A stretch of 63,060 nt of DNA, counting the filler, from Sphacelaria rigidula (lineage: Eukaryota): the NCBI GenBank assembly GCA_964200075.2. It is 7 parts of 7 records of this genome, joined end to end, with 100 filler letters (N's around TTAATTAATTAA, not from the genome) between each part and the next. Parts side by side here need not be neighbours in the genome. Positions count along the whole stretch, not along the records: positions 18,047 to 26,969 come from CAXNAA020009743.1; positions 27,070 to 35,992 come from CAXNAA020009744.1; positions 36,093 to 45,015 come from CAXNAA020009745.1; 4 more parts are not named here. One strand, 5' to 3'. Position 1 is the first letter of the stretch. Every line of letters starts with the position of its first letter. Below the pieces are notes generated by a model. It saw only the letters and a list, made by a program, of their open reading frames with translations, was not told the origin of the DNA and did not search any database. Both the position numbers and the translations under genes were made by a program. This document shows positions 25,333 through 39,430 of the stretch, one piece after another.

Positions 25333-27094
25333 GCTTCGTTTCTCTCGATGGTATGCTCAGGTTGTACCAGAGGATTTCTGCTGTGTTTGCCGTCAATGCG
25401 CGGTTTGACAGCCGAGTCTCGCTATAAGGTACGCATTATACTAACTAAACGTTCCCGCAACACCCCTGAGTTATTTTATAACTTAGGTACGATGAATAAC
25501 GACCTTATTCCATGCGATCAATATTGATGCCGTGCAATTTCGATCTTCGATCGATCCGGTTATCAAGACTCTCAGCACTAAGCTCTGCCTTGGGATGCAT
25601 TCTAGAAATATACTCAATTGACTCATTTTGAAAATAGAGGTACCCACACTGAGTAGTGTTTTCGTGAGATTGAGAGTAGATGATACGATTGAGAGTGGCT
25701 TTGATCATTCGCATTATTAAGTGAGCCATTTATTTTTTTATTCCACGTCCTGACGACGTGTGCTTTTCTTTTTTACCTCCATCATCACTTACTTGCGTGT
25801 GCTTACAGCTACACATCGATATCCTACCCAGGGATATCAAGGGCCTCAGTGGCCAGCTATTGCAGAAAGCATGTTGGGCCTCGTGGAAGTGCATTTCGGA
25901 ACTGAAACGATTCATTCACTGATTGACCGCTTTTCACTCTCAATCGTATCATCTACTACTACTCTCAATCTCACGAAAACACTGTTGTTGTTGTTACTGG
26001 CGGAGGCACGCGTAATAAGATACCTGCGTGGGAACTATTATTGACTGACGTGGATAATTGACTAAAGCCGGGAAATGCCGCCAACTATTCTCCGTTTCCT
26101 CGCTCCACAGCTGCTTTGGAATCGGTGTCACAGTTACTTTACATCCGAAAAACAAAAGAACAGGTCGTCCACAGCAAAATACTTTCATTTTTTTAGTTGT
26201 CAGGACCAGACGGTTCTCGCAGGGGATGTTACTTCCCGGAAATTGGTCGGAAATAACGGGTTTTCGGCTGCGTACAGCGAGTTAGAATTCCCGAAAAACT
26301 GCTTCAAATGAACAGCTAGCTTTTATGAGGAAAACGATCGGGATTATTGGTTCCAAGCTCATGTATGTATGAAAGAGACCGAACCTGGGACTGTGTACTC
26401 TCAAGACCCTCCACGACCATTCAGCCTGTACGAGCTGGGCCAGCCGAGAAGAGGCGGATTCGAAGTTTGCAGGCCCATCCTCCGGCCAATATATATTTAG
26501 AGTTGCAGCGTAAAATTTGGTATGGACAATGCATAGGGCATGAAGAAAAAAATTACGTCGGTACCATAATTTTGTTTTTTGTTTTTCTTCCTCCATGAGT
26601 TTATTAAGGGCATTTTACTGATTCCCGAAAACCGATTATTAACAAAACTCAGTGGGTCAGTTTTTTTTCAATTATGTTTTTCACGGAGTCAAGACGTTCT
26701 AGTATAGTAAAGACCATTTCTTCACGAGAACGCCCTAACCTCTATGAAAAAAAAAACTCATTTTTTTTCAATTCGGCACACCATCTCCGTCGTTCTCCTT
26801 GCTAAGTGTCAAAACACAATCAACAGCCGATTTTCGAAAATAAATGGAGTTGAAAAAAAGAATGAGGTTCAACTCAAAAGCCGTGCTTTCCCTGAAACAG
26901 CCAATCATCTATGTTGAGGATGGTGCTTTTCATTGAGGATGAGAACCCGGAGGATTAAAATCTTCGTATNNNNNNNNNNNNNNNNNNNNNNNNNNNNNNN
27001 NNNNNNNNNNNNNTTAATTAATTAANNNNNNNNNNNNNNNNNNNNNNNNNNNNNNNNNNNNNNNNNNNNTGGTCGGTGGGGCGGCGCGGCGGGG

Positions 27095-27132
<38 letters not shown>

Positions 27133-27643
27133 GGTCGGGTCGGTCGGATGGTCGAGGGGGTGGGGAGTGTATCCATCATCTTGTATGCCGTAGTCACATG
27201 ACCATTGACCTCGCATCCCTACGAAGCCGGGACGGAGAACGCCGGTTTTACGCCAAACCAGGCTCGTGAATCATTCACCAACCGCGAAGCGCCGTGATAT
27301 GCGTGGCGAGTGGCATGAAGGGTGGGCTGTATCCTGCTGAGATTGTTGGGCCCGAAGCGTACGGATTATCTCGCACATGGATGACAGCCTACAATGAGTT
27401 GCTTCATTCTCTGGTATCGCTACTCCCAGAGACAGCCACGGGTTACACACTGCCTTATGGGTGTTTCTCCATATGCCGTCGAGGGAAAGGGGTGGAAGGG
27501 GAAGAGGGGGGGGGGGGGGGGGGCTTTGTTGTTGATGGGGGTGGGGGGGGGGCGGGGGCGGTCATGGCAATGTCTGGGTGTAAATGAGAGANNNNNNNNN
27601 NGGTCTCCCGGCCGTAGGTAGTGCTGTGGGCGGCTGTGGGTTG

Positions 27644-27708
<65 letters not shown>

Positions 27709-27799
27709 CGTTCTCGTGTTTATGAGAGTTGATGGGAGCATGCGGCTGTCATGGCAATGTCTGCGTGTACATTAGAGAAGATGACTATCCGCGGTATAC

Positions 27800-29700
27800 A
27801 TACAAGCTGGTCTTGCCAAAAATGCCAAGAAGTGCGTGATTCCTCCACCGCTACGTTTCACGGGGTAGCACAACGGAGTGAATATGGCATATCTTATATC
27901 CACATGAAGTTATGAAACCAAAGCGAACAAAATTCCGTGACCCGATCTCTCCGGCGATCTCCAGTATGCCGCCTGGTCGAGTGTCACTTCATCCCCTCTC
28001 GGTTGGGAAACAAGACGAGGATGATTCACCAGAGACTCGATGATGCATGTACCCACGATCACCTTGGCGTAAAACTACAGACCAGCTCCACAGTCACTGG
28101 CTTCCAAGAACTCTGGCTTAGCTTCACTTATAGGCCAAGTAGCGCAAAATATTTCTGCATTTGATGATAGCACAGCGGTGGCCAAAAACTAGATGCCTGG
28201 GCACAGTTTTTACTCCAGTGAAGACAATTTCGACGTGAAGCTCATCGTTCAATCGTTTTTTGCACTGTCCAGTTTCGAACTTCATGAACCGACATATTTT
28301 TAAATACCTTTGCATCCATGGTACGAACATCCGCACTGTACCACACCGTTCATTTTGTATCCACAGCTTGAGGCCGAGGTGTTCAATATACAAAATTTTG
28401 GAGGTGTGCCACTAGAGCAAAGAATTTTGAATGATTCATCAACTCGACGTTGAAGACACAAAATTGACGCACCACTGTTGTTCGTACTGTGAGTACCAGG
28501 ATGTGCGTGAAATCTCAGCCTCGAACTTTGAATCAGGGCCGGCCAAAAGCTTTTGAAAAATGATTGTTGTCCTCCTCCACAGACGAGGTTCGGGAATTGG
28601 TCGCAACGCGTACAAAAGAAGGGAAGCGAACCGTCTTTTGATAAAAATCATATGCTGTACATCTCGGGTCGAAAGGGTGGGTACAAGAAGATAGTATGCC
28701 CCGCCCGTTTCGACGCCGGACATGTGTACACAGACTTCATGGATATCTCGATTTATCCACAAAAACCAAACCTGACACAGCATAATATCCGACATACACA
28801 CAAGTTTTCTGGTGCAATCTACGTCTCGCGGAAGGTACAATGACTTGCTACAGAGGCAACGGAGTGAGTTCTCGTCGTTGGGAGCATCTCGGAATAACTC
28901 ATCGTCGCAGGCCCATTGAACGGCACCCTGCATACTCTAAAACGGCACTACACCCACTACGCCATCATCACTTGCAAGGCTTTGCAGCGAACCAGAAGAG
29001 AAGCCACTCTCGAATAAGTGCAGCATGGAGCACGAGAGTAGTGCCGTAATCGTACGGTGGGCAGGAGAAGAAGCGGTGCTGTTCCAAAACGTATATAGGA
29101 CATCGGCAACACAGTGGGGGTATTTCCAAAGTACGGTCCGCTAAAGTAGGGGGGTGTACTCATGATCACGCATGCCATAGTCATCAGACCATTGACCTCG
29201 CATCCGCTAAAGTAGGGGGGGGGGGGTCCTACCACCGTGCGGTCAAAAATTACCCAGTCACGAGTCCGCTGTACTATTATCAAGTAATTTCACAGTATAT
29301 CGCGGAGTTCAAGCATAGTGCCGTCATATTGGGTTGGCAACCCCCACACCATGTCAGGATCCTCACTGTATCTCGAAATCATCAGGCACCAGTGGATATC
29401 TGTCTCGAATACCACGGATAGATGAGATGCCACAGATGGGAGAGGGTAGTTGTGCCAAAAACATTCGTCTACTCTCACCTGGGCAACCTTGTGGCACAAG
29501 TATAGATGCAGCAGATACCCGACATACGACGCGTGGAACGCGACGTTAGGAACGTTGGGGACGATAACTCTGTGGGCCAGCGGATGGGAGTCTTCGTAGA
29601 ACCAGAGCTGAATCGAGCACCGCAACACGGCGACGCCGCAGGCTGCCAGCAGAGTCGAGAAAATTCGCTGCGGTCAAGTTTGTGTGGATAGTTTGCGCGT
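27800..29700 (-). pseudogene. Highly degenerate LTR-retrotransposon (Ty3/gypsy-like) integrase remnant
   Basis: Fragments LWFYEDSHPLAHRVIVPNVP and KLLAGPDSKFEAEISR loosely resemble the integrase N-terminal region and the core SDRD.RF motif. Many stops; boundaries approximate. Confidence 0.3.
29137..29220 (-). mobile_element. 48-bp 5'-truncated family B insertion with an 18-bp target-site duplication
   Basis: TCCGCTAAAGTAGGGGGG occurs at 29137-29154 and 29203-29220, flanking 29155-29202. Confidence 0.85.
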
Positions 29701-32445
29701 GTGGTATCGACAACAACCGACAAGTTTTTTGGGGGGCCAGGGAGAGGGCGGCGGCGAGGGGATGGGGGGGGAAAGTTTAGTGTACACGTTGTACTACATG
29801 CGCGGGGTCAACGATTCTTTTATTCCTGAGTAACGAGGAAAATGAAATAGGATAAGCAACATCACAGGTGATCCACATTTTCAGTCAGTGAAAAGGGGGT
29901 TAAAAGATGCCAACAACTGCGCGTTACCTGGCAAATTTTGTACTGTAGTGTAGTGTCAGACCATAACTGAACGCTGCTTTTTGTTCCACTTATTTGTTAA
30001 AACAGGCACTTTTCGAAAGAGGCGGTCGGTCGGACGTAGTTTCATACGATTTGGATTGAGACCGCATCTCGAAACAATATCTTCGGGTCACAGTCCCGCG
30101 TAGAATTGGGAGGGAGGGGTGTACTCACTATCTTGCACGCCGCAGTCATAAGTCCATTGACTTCGCATCCCTACGAAGCCGGCATGGAACACGCTAGGTT
30201 CTCCCCGGGCCAGGCTGGCGATCAATCCTCAAGCGCAAAGCGCTGTGATGAGTTCGGCGAGTCGTATGAGGGGTGATCCGTATCGTACCAAGATTGTTCG
30301 GCCCGAAGCGCACCCATGATGGGGAGAAAATTGCTGAGGCGCTGCGGCGGCGCGCCGAATTCCAAGCATGTATGAAAAATATTTTGGCGATCGGTGGCTG
30401 GCCACCGAAGTCAGTTGTAGAAGCCGCCGAATGTTTTGAGACCTGAGGCTGCTCATTCGGCGGGAATACCAAGCTGGCACTACACAAATTTGGTCCGAAG
30501 CGCACGAAGGAAAATGCCCCTGGGGATGGCAGGGGTATCACCACAACTGCTATGACTTGATTAATTCATTTATGATGACCCTCTAACGCTTACACTCCAA
30601 GGATGGAATCATTTCATCTCCACTCCAAACGCGATCGGGAGGGTGCTATCTACCGTTTCTTGGTCTGTACTTACGAACGACTATACCCTGGGGGACACGA
30701 CAGGGATCACTAGAGTGCCTATTACTGACGGAAATGTGGTGGGGCGGATCATTGTCTACATTCCTTTATATTTTCCCGGATATGGTTCTAAAATATATAG
30801 GACCAGTCGGTCACATAATAGCTGCTAGAACCTTCATCTGGCGTTTGCACCGGCCTTTGTCACCCAATTCTCACCACAGTTGGGCCCATCCCCACTAATT
30901 TGTTTTAGAATCGATCCCCTGATTGGGAATCTTATTAATCGTCTGCAAATTGTCGAATTCGACACATCACAAGCACAAAAATAGTCATTATCCACAGTAA
31001 AAAAACGCCTCGGATTCGGAGTCTTCACTGAATATCTAGACGGACTGCATTTTTTGTCTCAATTTTGAGAAATAATTTTCGGTGCATGGCACTGGCTTAG
31101 GTGATGGTGGATCTGCCCTGTGGCCCTAAGGTACGATAGGTACTGTACGTTCTGTACTGTTTTACTATTGTATATTGTGCACTGCAAAGCGAGTACACTG
31201 CAGTATAGTACACAAGTTCCGCAGGTATCCTGTCATAGTAAGGTGTGGCGGGTTGGCAACCTCGTGTGATCGCACTATCGCGGGACCCTGCACTGTGGTG
31301 GGACCCCCGCGGCATTGTATTTACTGTACAGTATCTACTATCGCCATTATATAGGGTATCCACCTCTCAAAACAGGGTTTCACCCCCTATCCCGCCCTCA
31401 GCCTTGCACACAAGTATTGGATGCGGTTCCCCCTTCCTCCAAGGAGAAAAAATAGTCAGCTTTCATCAGCTTGGCGGGGGTGGTATTGACCGTATGCAGT
31501 TGGGCCTGCGGGGGCTTCGTTACCGCAACGCCTTCGGCGGCCGCGGAGAGGCTCTAGCCTGGTCGATGCAGCAATACGCGCCTACCCACAGCGGAGGCCA
31601 ATACTTCCGATCCATATACGGTACACATAGTACGATAGAGTACAGTGCCTCGTGTGTCGCCTATTCGTTGTACTTCGTACAAACCGTTACGCCATTATGA
31701 GTGTGACGCTGTTTAACACCCATGGGCAGGTGATCCAAGCTATTCTCATCGCGATTTCTTGGAGGCCAGGCTGTTGCCAAGTGTTATGTCCGAAATGATC
31801 CGATCAAGCTCCTACCGATAAAGGGGTTTCTTTCTGGGTATGAAACCCCGGTTATACTTCGACACGGGCTTCATAGAAATCGCATACTCGTACGGTTTGG
31901 GGGGTGGAACGCCATCACGTTGCGTGACCCTTTAGAACTAGCGTAACTTATACTTACACTGAACATCTTGCTCTGTTGTTGGGCTTCATTCCCAAGCGAG
32001 GCTACCACCTTCGCCTGTTCGTCCGAATCGAGCGGCAATATATCAGGAGTAGGTAAAACACTACCCTGCCCAGGCCTCTGGCGAAGCATACTGTCGTAGT
32101 GTGGTGTACTGTAACGTACTGGCCAGTTCAAGGTGCGCTAAATACTGTTCCGATGTACTATAGTGTACCCCCGGCGGCGTATCCGATTTTCAGAGGAGTT
32201 TTGACACCAGAACAGTACGGTATCAACATTTTTGTCATGTGCCAATCGTGCCCGATTTCGACTGACGCATATTGGCAGATGGCACAAACAGCAGTGCACC
32301 GCATCTCCTGACCTTGTACATAGCAACCACAGCATCGCTCAAGACGCCAGATCTACCCTGAAACGGAGAAGAATTGCGGTCTGGTATCAGACATTGACTT
32401 CGGCAGAGCCGTCGTCATCGCCATCGTACCCCAGGACAAAGCAAA

Positions 32446-35132
32446 ATGCCACCACCTTCGTCATTGGGTGCTGCGCAGCCAGCGTTGCCAATTTCCTTGT
32501 TTGAGTGCGGGGTTTGCTTGAGCTTGGTTTGCGAGCCTGTGAGCTTGAGCTGCGGACACACGTTTTGCAGAACTTGCTTGGTTTCTGCTCTGCAACGAAG
32601 CGCTAAGAAGTGTCCTAGCTGTCGAGCTGTCTGTTACACCAGGTGGGTCCAGCGCATGTATGTTGCAGCGAGTCTCACTCGGTCGTCGCGGTTACTGTAG
32701 TTAATGTACCACGATCGTAGACCGTCTCGTGTAGACACTGACAACAAAACAGTGTCACAGCGTTGCACCCAGGTAAGATGGCTCCTCTAGTTGAGGATAT
32801 TTCACGCCACCACGATAGCCCCAAGCGACTCCGACATGGTGGCCTATAGTAGTTGACGAACTGGGCTGCAGTATCCACAACAACGCAACTGTGTATGAGC
32901 GATAGCAGCAAAACTGGCCAAACGCCCAAAGTGTCTTGTGGATTTTTGTACTGTACAGGAGTTTGCGGTGTAATGCCAGGATACCGAAAAAACTCATCGA
33001 TCAAATCGGACAGTGAAAAATAGAGGTGTGTCCTCTGTGTCAGCTCGGCTCTGCTTCCGATGTGAAGTCCACATGACCAACTGTCCATTTCGTACATACC
33101 CTTCGCCTGCATGCTTGTACGTCTACCGCGTACGACTTTATCCCTCTTGCTGACATGAACGGGGCGTAATCCACGAAATGTCGTCGAGATGACTGGCTGA
33201 TCTTGTGAAGTCTGCTCGACAGTAGGAGTCGTGATGGTACACACAATCGTAATATTTCTCGAGTCTCACCTCCAGGTGTATGGTTGAACTGGTCGGCATT
33301 GTCACACAGTCAGATGTGATCGCGTGCCGCCGCTACTGTCTGAACACGAGGTGAAGCTTGCTTGCAGAGACACCATGTATGATAGAGATGTAGTGGCTTG
33401 GGCTTCTACATCTCGTCTGTACGCACATGAGAGCGAGATGAAGTTGATATCCTCCCTCCCCATATCCAGCATCCACACGTGAAGTCGGTGTGTTTCGGGG
33501 ATGAAATGACTCGAAAACAAGTTCACCGGATACTGAACAACTCTGACACAGACGTGTCTACTCTTTTCCCGAGATTTTCAGACGAAGTCGCTTTTTTGTT
33601 TTTTCAAAGTAGATGGCAACTCGCTCACTGCCGTCCCAACGCAGCGCATCGCCCAGCATACGCCGGGCACAAATGATCTTGTGCCCTCATGAATCAACGA
33701 GTGTACGCTGTGTGTTGCCTTCGCTCCTCTCTCGTGGCATGATGAGTTCTCACAACGCCGCTCTGTATTCGTGACACGCATCAGGCATTCTCGATGGTCC
33801 TTTCACACAAGATATTGTTTGTTCTTAAGTGAACAAAGCGTGGGGTGTTCCTCATTCACGGTCAACATGGTGTTCGTCAACGTAGCGGGAAAGACATGGT
33901 GTGTCTCATACAAACGAATGACTGGTCTCTCGACGGTGTTTCTCCGCTGCCTTCAGCGACAACGTCAAAGTGTGGTTCATCGCCTTTCACATTCCGACGT
34001 GGCGGCGAACAAAATATCCCACCGAAGCAATCCGACAAGAATGCGTCAGATTATGAAGTGATCCTGATTTCCACCGCGGTCCGCACCACTGGTGATGCAG
34101 CATCAGGCTCTCCAAGTCAGCTTGCGTCTGTTGAACGAAAGATCTAAAGGCAACGGTCAGTTTTTGCTCTGCTGTCCGGGTTGTTCCGCGTCCACACAGG
34201 TCATCGAAGGAGTGCCCCCATCCCCCTCCCCCCTGTGCGTACATGATGAACGACGAAAACGTCCTGCTCGACCTCGCGACCTCGTCTAAACTTGTACTTG
34301 ATCCCGCCTCCTACGCGGCTAGCTCCGAAGATAGTAGCGGTAAGATATCCGTGAGATCGCGGCGTTGCCCAGCATGTGAATGATATTCGCATAAAATACA
34401 CCGATGAGTACATACAGAGCGGCTTATTGAATCAGTAATGCGATGGCGACACCCAAATTGTACGCGCCTCGCGCATTGTGAATCTTCGGGTGTTTTCTCG
34501 ACCGAAGATGGCGCTTTTCTTGGAGAAAAGACGCAGATTAACATAATGGGCACTATGCACACTCGTTGCATACGGTTGGTGGTTTTGAACGCGTTGGAGA
34601 AAAGTGGACTGGTGAGTCTGCTCGAATTAGTGATGCTGATGAACTATTCAACTATTCCATATATATACTTGGCTCACCACACCCTGGACAGCAGATAAAC
34701 TGCATTGTGAAAAGTGTACTGCGTGCAGTATCGACTATCGCGTCTCGTGAAGCAGACTAAAGATTCCATACTGTAAGCAGTAAAATTTTTACAGTCAGAT
34801 TCTTTTTTCAGGATATGGTTCTTACACGTATGTGTGGCGTTTTTATTTTTCATCTTTGTCCTCTCTGACCCAACAAATCATGCATCCATGACCAACGGCA
34901 GGGCGGAAGATCAGCCACAAAATGTGATGATCTCGGAAGTTGTCAAGGCGTGCTTTCCCGAGCAGCTGGAGAAACGGATGAGGGAGACAGCAGCGGAAAA
35001 GGCGAAATTCGAGCTTTGTCTGCCGGCGTTTTTCTACAACGTGCCCATGTTCCCGGGGGAGACGTTGTCGCTGCACCTCTTCGAGCCACGCTATAAGCTC
35101 ATGATGAGGCGCATCATTGACACCAGTAGGAG
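32446..35132 (+). CDS. RING finger + LON substrate-binding domain protein (LONRF-like E3 ligase), first two exons
   Basis: Exon 1 32446-32642 has a C3HC4 RING (CGVC...CGHTFCRTC...CPSC) and a phase-2 donor AG|GTGGGT. Exon 2 34902-35132 is in phase and encodes FPGETLSLHLFEPRYKLMMRRI (LON N-terminal motif). Further exons not found on this contig. Confidence 0.88.
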
Positions 35133-38100
35133 GTGTGTACGGCCTGCTAGTCTTGAATCGATGGAGCGAGATAACCACGACTAGACCACATACTTCGTTG
35201 GTCGATGCCTCGAGCATCTGCTTGGAGATTTTTTGTCGTTGGATATTTTCGAAGGCGAATGCAGTGCATGCGTCACGTGCGTCGGGCCGAAGAATACTGC
35301 TTCCGGACCGCCGTCAGAGTTATGTTTTTGCAATGTAATTTATTTATTTTTCATCTTGCTCACGGGTGGGTTCCCCCGCAAAACGCAGTATTGGACCAAT
35401 TCTCACTCCCGAAAGTGTCTCTGAAATCCATCATGTCTTGCTTGTCCCACGAATGCAGTACATGCCGTCTATTTTGCGATCGTGCTCGCATCGCTCGTTT
35501 CCTTTTTTTTCAAATTGAAACTGCTACACTTTTTTTTTGCTGTATGTAAAAATGACTGGCTTTTGAAGCACTCCAAGCTCGATTCTCTCCTTCGTGTGTG
35601 CTTCTTGTTTTTGTGGGCGCGTCCATGTTGTTTGTTCTTGGACAGCACAGACGGTATTGAAGTAGCTCCTGTCTGTATCTGCTACGACTGGCTCTGATTC
35701 AGATAGTGTGTGTGTGTTTGTTTTGGAGGTTTCGCCTTCTCTCAAAGGGTCGGTATCCGCGTGAGACCCCATTCCCCTTTGAACCTTCATGCCTGCACAA
35801 TATGTCGGCCAGGAGGTTCATGAATTCGCTGAATTCCGTCCGACCATGTTCACCGCTTCGAAAATATTTGCCTCGGAAATGCGACCACGGCTGAAACGCC
35901 GTACCAAATCTCTCATTCACCTCCCCCCCCCCCCCCCCCCCCCCCCTCGCACATAAATACCGCCGCGTTTTTTTTGCTTTTGTGATTGCTTTNNNNNNNN
36001 NNNNNNNNNNNNNNNNNNNNNNNNNNNNNNNNNNNNTTAATTAATTAANNNNNNNNNNNNNNNNNNNNNNNNNNNNNNNNNNNNNNNNNNNNGATTCGTC
36101 ACGAGTCGACTCATTATACAAAAACCAAGTAATTTCCTGACGAATCATTATTGGTCCGACCCTTGCAACGTTTGATCTTGATTTTTTTCGGGGGGGGGGG
36201 CGCCTTCGCGATTTGTTTGCCTGGTTTTTTCGGAGCAGAACTTCCTCCTCAGGGCCTCATCTTTTTTTCTCTGTCCGGTCATTTCTAGTCTGGATTCCAT
36301 TCGTTCTTCCCTATCCCGTTGTGGTTTCTTTTGATTTCGTAGGACGTAATCCTTTTACTCGTTTCAGTCTTATGTTTTCGACTGTTTTCACGTTTCATGA
36401 GCTGGTTTTTTCGTGTTGTTGACGTGAAGGGTCCTTTCTAGTTTTCCTTCATGTTTCAGTTGCCTTTCTCCTTTCTCTTTTTTTTGCTGTGGACCTGGTT
36501 CATTCCTCCAGCACTATTTTTCGGATTCCTATTTCCTCTACATCTTTCCGCGGAGTTGATCTAGGCCCGCACTTCGTTTTTTTCCCGGTACTGCATTCCA
36601 TGGCGATTATTGATGTCTTGGTGTTGTCGGACCTGATTCCACCCTTGGTTTCACGTACCCCGTTCGTTCATCGCGTTTCTTCATCCTCGAACGCTGATCC
36701 GATTTCAGGGTGCCCGACCCCTTTCGAACAGAGCACATCATTTCGTGGAGAGAGCAGCGTGGTACCAAAAGGGTGGGCACCGAGTACCTGCTTGAACACT
36801 GTACCATGACGCACAGGTTGATTCAACATGTAGGAACCCCGCCGTGTCCAGTAGGTCAGTTGCTGCTGGTCGGGGAAAGAAACGTCTACGCACCACCATC
36901 AGCCAGTAAGCGCCTTCTTGGTTTTACCTAGTTGATCAGCTCTTGTAGCGAGTCCTACACTACCCGGAATTGTGACTCGACCGAGGGTATACGAGCGCCG
37001 TGACCAGCGGAAATTGGTCACCGGCTATCTCCGTGATTTCTGTTCCCGGTGTAACTGGCATCCCGGGACATAAAAAGCACTCGATATGATCCGAAAAGGC
37101 GTAAGAGATTTTTTCCCCAAGAGATGAGGTTTTTCCCTGGACACCGGGTTTTGTCCATCCTTCCGATTGCATGACGAGTATTCCCGCGGATGATCTCAGC
37201 CCCGAACTTACGCGGTTTTCTCGTCGCTACCGTGATCTTCGGCTGATGGCATACAAAGTGGAGGAAGTTCCTCCGGAGTGCATCGAGCCGTGTCTTTCCC
37301 CCCCTTCCATTAGCAGCGTGCACGAAGCAACAGAGGGGGATGTTATAGCGAATATCGACCTCATGTGTAACAGGCGCTTTGGAGTGCGTGTGGCAAGTGC
37401 AATAGGTCTGTTTCCACTCGCATGCTCATGTTGTATTCCGATTGGCCGTCCTTGACCGGAGCCCACCGCCCACACAACTCCGACCACCCAGCAACTCCCG
37501 TTCAGCTACCTAGCCAGGACTAATCAATAGCTGTAGAACGTGAACTGGCGAACTCTTTCGTTGGCCGGTTGCTGGGGATTGGCAGGCAATCAATCGATCA
37601 CGCATTGGGGAGGTGTTGACAGCGCGTGCACTCGACACCTTGCTCGCCGAAAAACTGATGAGGGGCCTCCTGTCCTTGCACCTCCCAAAAACTTGATAAA
37701 GCCAACACTCGACTCGTTTTTTCTTCCGGATTCAATCGACGGGTGTCCAAGTCATCGTGCGCCGTGAAACATCATGAGGACGCGAGCTCGAACCCCACTC
37801 GTCAATGTTTTAAAAGATGGAACCCGTTTTGACGGGGCATGAAGGAACCGATGCGTGCGAGCTGTGAGTTCGGTCAAGTATACCACAGGTCGTGTGCGAC
37901 TTCTCGGCCAATTCGAACACTGTCGTGTAACGCAAACCTAAAGCGCCATGATTAGCGTGTTCACGTCGCAGACACGCTCCAGCTCATGTCTCCTCACGTT
38001 GGACGAGTATGGCACATCCACGTGGAAACGTCACTGTTTCCATGACGACTGGCCCCAGCGGCAATATTCAGCCACGAGACGAAAAGGGTACGGAGACTTG

Positions 38101-38870
38101 TCGACTGCATCCGATTAGTTTCTACCGTATGAGTTGTTCAATGACGACAACGGCCATGATCAAACTCCGGTCCCACGTATCATCCGGCACGCCAATAGGT
38201 GACAGTTTTGTCCGAAGGAGAGCGGGCAGGACTTTTTTGTATGTTCTGCTACGGTACCGCCAATGATCACCCAATGACATCCCCACGTCTCAGGGCATCC
38301 AACGCATCATCTAGCACACCTGGGGGCTACCGCAGCGGGGTTCGGGGGGAGTGAATGCCCAATTGAACGCATTTCGTCAGTTATAATCTCACAGGTTGCT
38401 CTGTGACGGCAACCACAAATCTTACGCCACACAAGCTACCATCTACATTATCGATCAACACCCGTCAGATCTTACGCTATACAAGCCAACGTCTACATTT
38501 GCGACCAATATCCGTCAAGTCAAGGCATCCTCTACTCCTTTCACACGTTTACCCATTCGGAGAAGACTCTACCGAGACGCAGGCAGACACCCGTAAGTAC
38601 ATGTACTCCTGATGAAATCGCTGCGGTTTTTTGGGGCCACCATGCAGCATCGAATTTTCATCTCTCGTCACATGTACAGTTACCCAGGCCCACCGGTCGG
38701 GAACAAGTACCATCGCCCATGAGCACCAGGACTCGAGGAAAACAGCGGAGGCTATTCAAAATCAAACCGTGGGCGCTTGCCGAACATGTCGACCTTCGCG
38801 AGAAAACCTACTACGGTACTACTGCTCGAAGTGAAGTGGGCGGTTGTTCCGGACCGTTTACTGCACGTTA

Positions 38871-39430
38871 CCGCTGTTCCCGGGTGCGTCGCCGCTGTTC
38901 GCGGGTGCGTCGCCGCTATTCCCGGGTGCGTCACCCCTATTCCCGGGTCTTCGCCGCTATTTCCGGGGTACGTCCCCGCTGTTCCCGGGTGCGTCACCGC
39001 TGTTCCCGGGTGCGTCACCGCTGTTCCCGGGTGCGTCGCCGCTGTTCCCGGGTGCGTCGCCGCTGTTCCCGGGTGCGTCCCCGCTGTTCCCGGGTGCGTC
39101 GCCGCTGTTCCCGGGTGCGTCCCCGCTGTTCCCGGGTGCGTCGCCGCTGTTCCCGGGTGCGTCGCCGCTGTTCCCGGGTGCGTCGCCGCTGTTCCCGGGT
39201 GCGTCCCCGCTGTTCCCGGGTGCGTCGCCGCTGTTCCCGGGTGCGTCACCGCTGTTTCCGGGTGCGTCACCGCTGTTCCCAGGTGCGTCGCCGCTGTTCC
39301 CGGGTGCGTCCCCGCTGTTTCCGGGTGCGTCGCCGCCGTTCCCGGGCCCGTTACCGCCATTCCCGGGCCCGTTGCCGCCATTCCCGGGCCTGTTGCCGCC
39401 ATTCCCGGGCCTGTTACCGCCATTCCCGGG
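38871..39430. repeat. 21-bp tandem repeat, about 26 units, encoding (PGNSGDA)n on the minus strand
   Basis: Unit CCGCTGTTCCCGGGTGCGTC(G/A/C). It explains the overlapping long ORFs on both strands. Confidence 0.95.

Noticed and set aside
25332-32446. APE1 and the LONRF-like gene as a divergent gene pair
   Set aside because: They are separated by a linker at 26970-27069 and lie on different contigs.
36400-37455. Coding-looking fragments (e.g. ORF 37171-37455) as LONRF continuation or viral genes
   Set aside because: They are on a different contig from LONRF, have no recognisable motifs, and are interrupted by stops.
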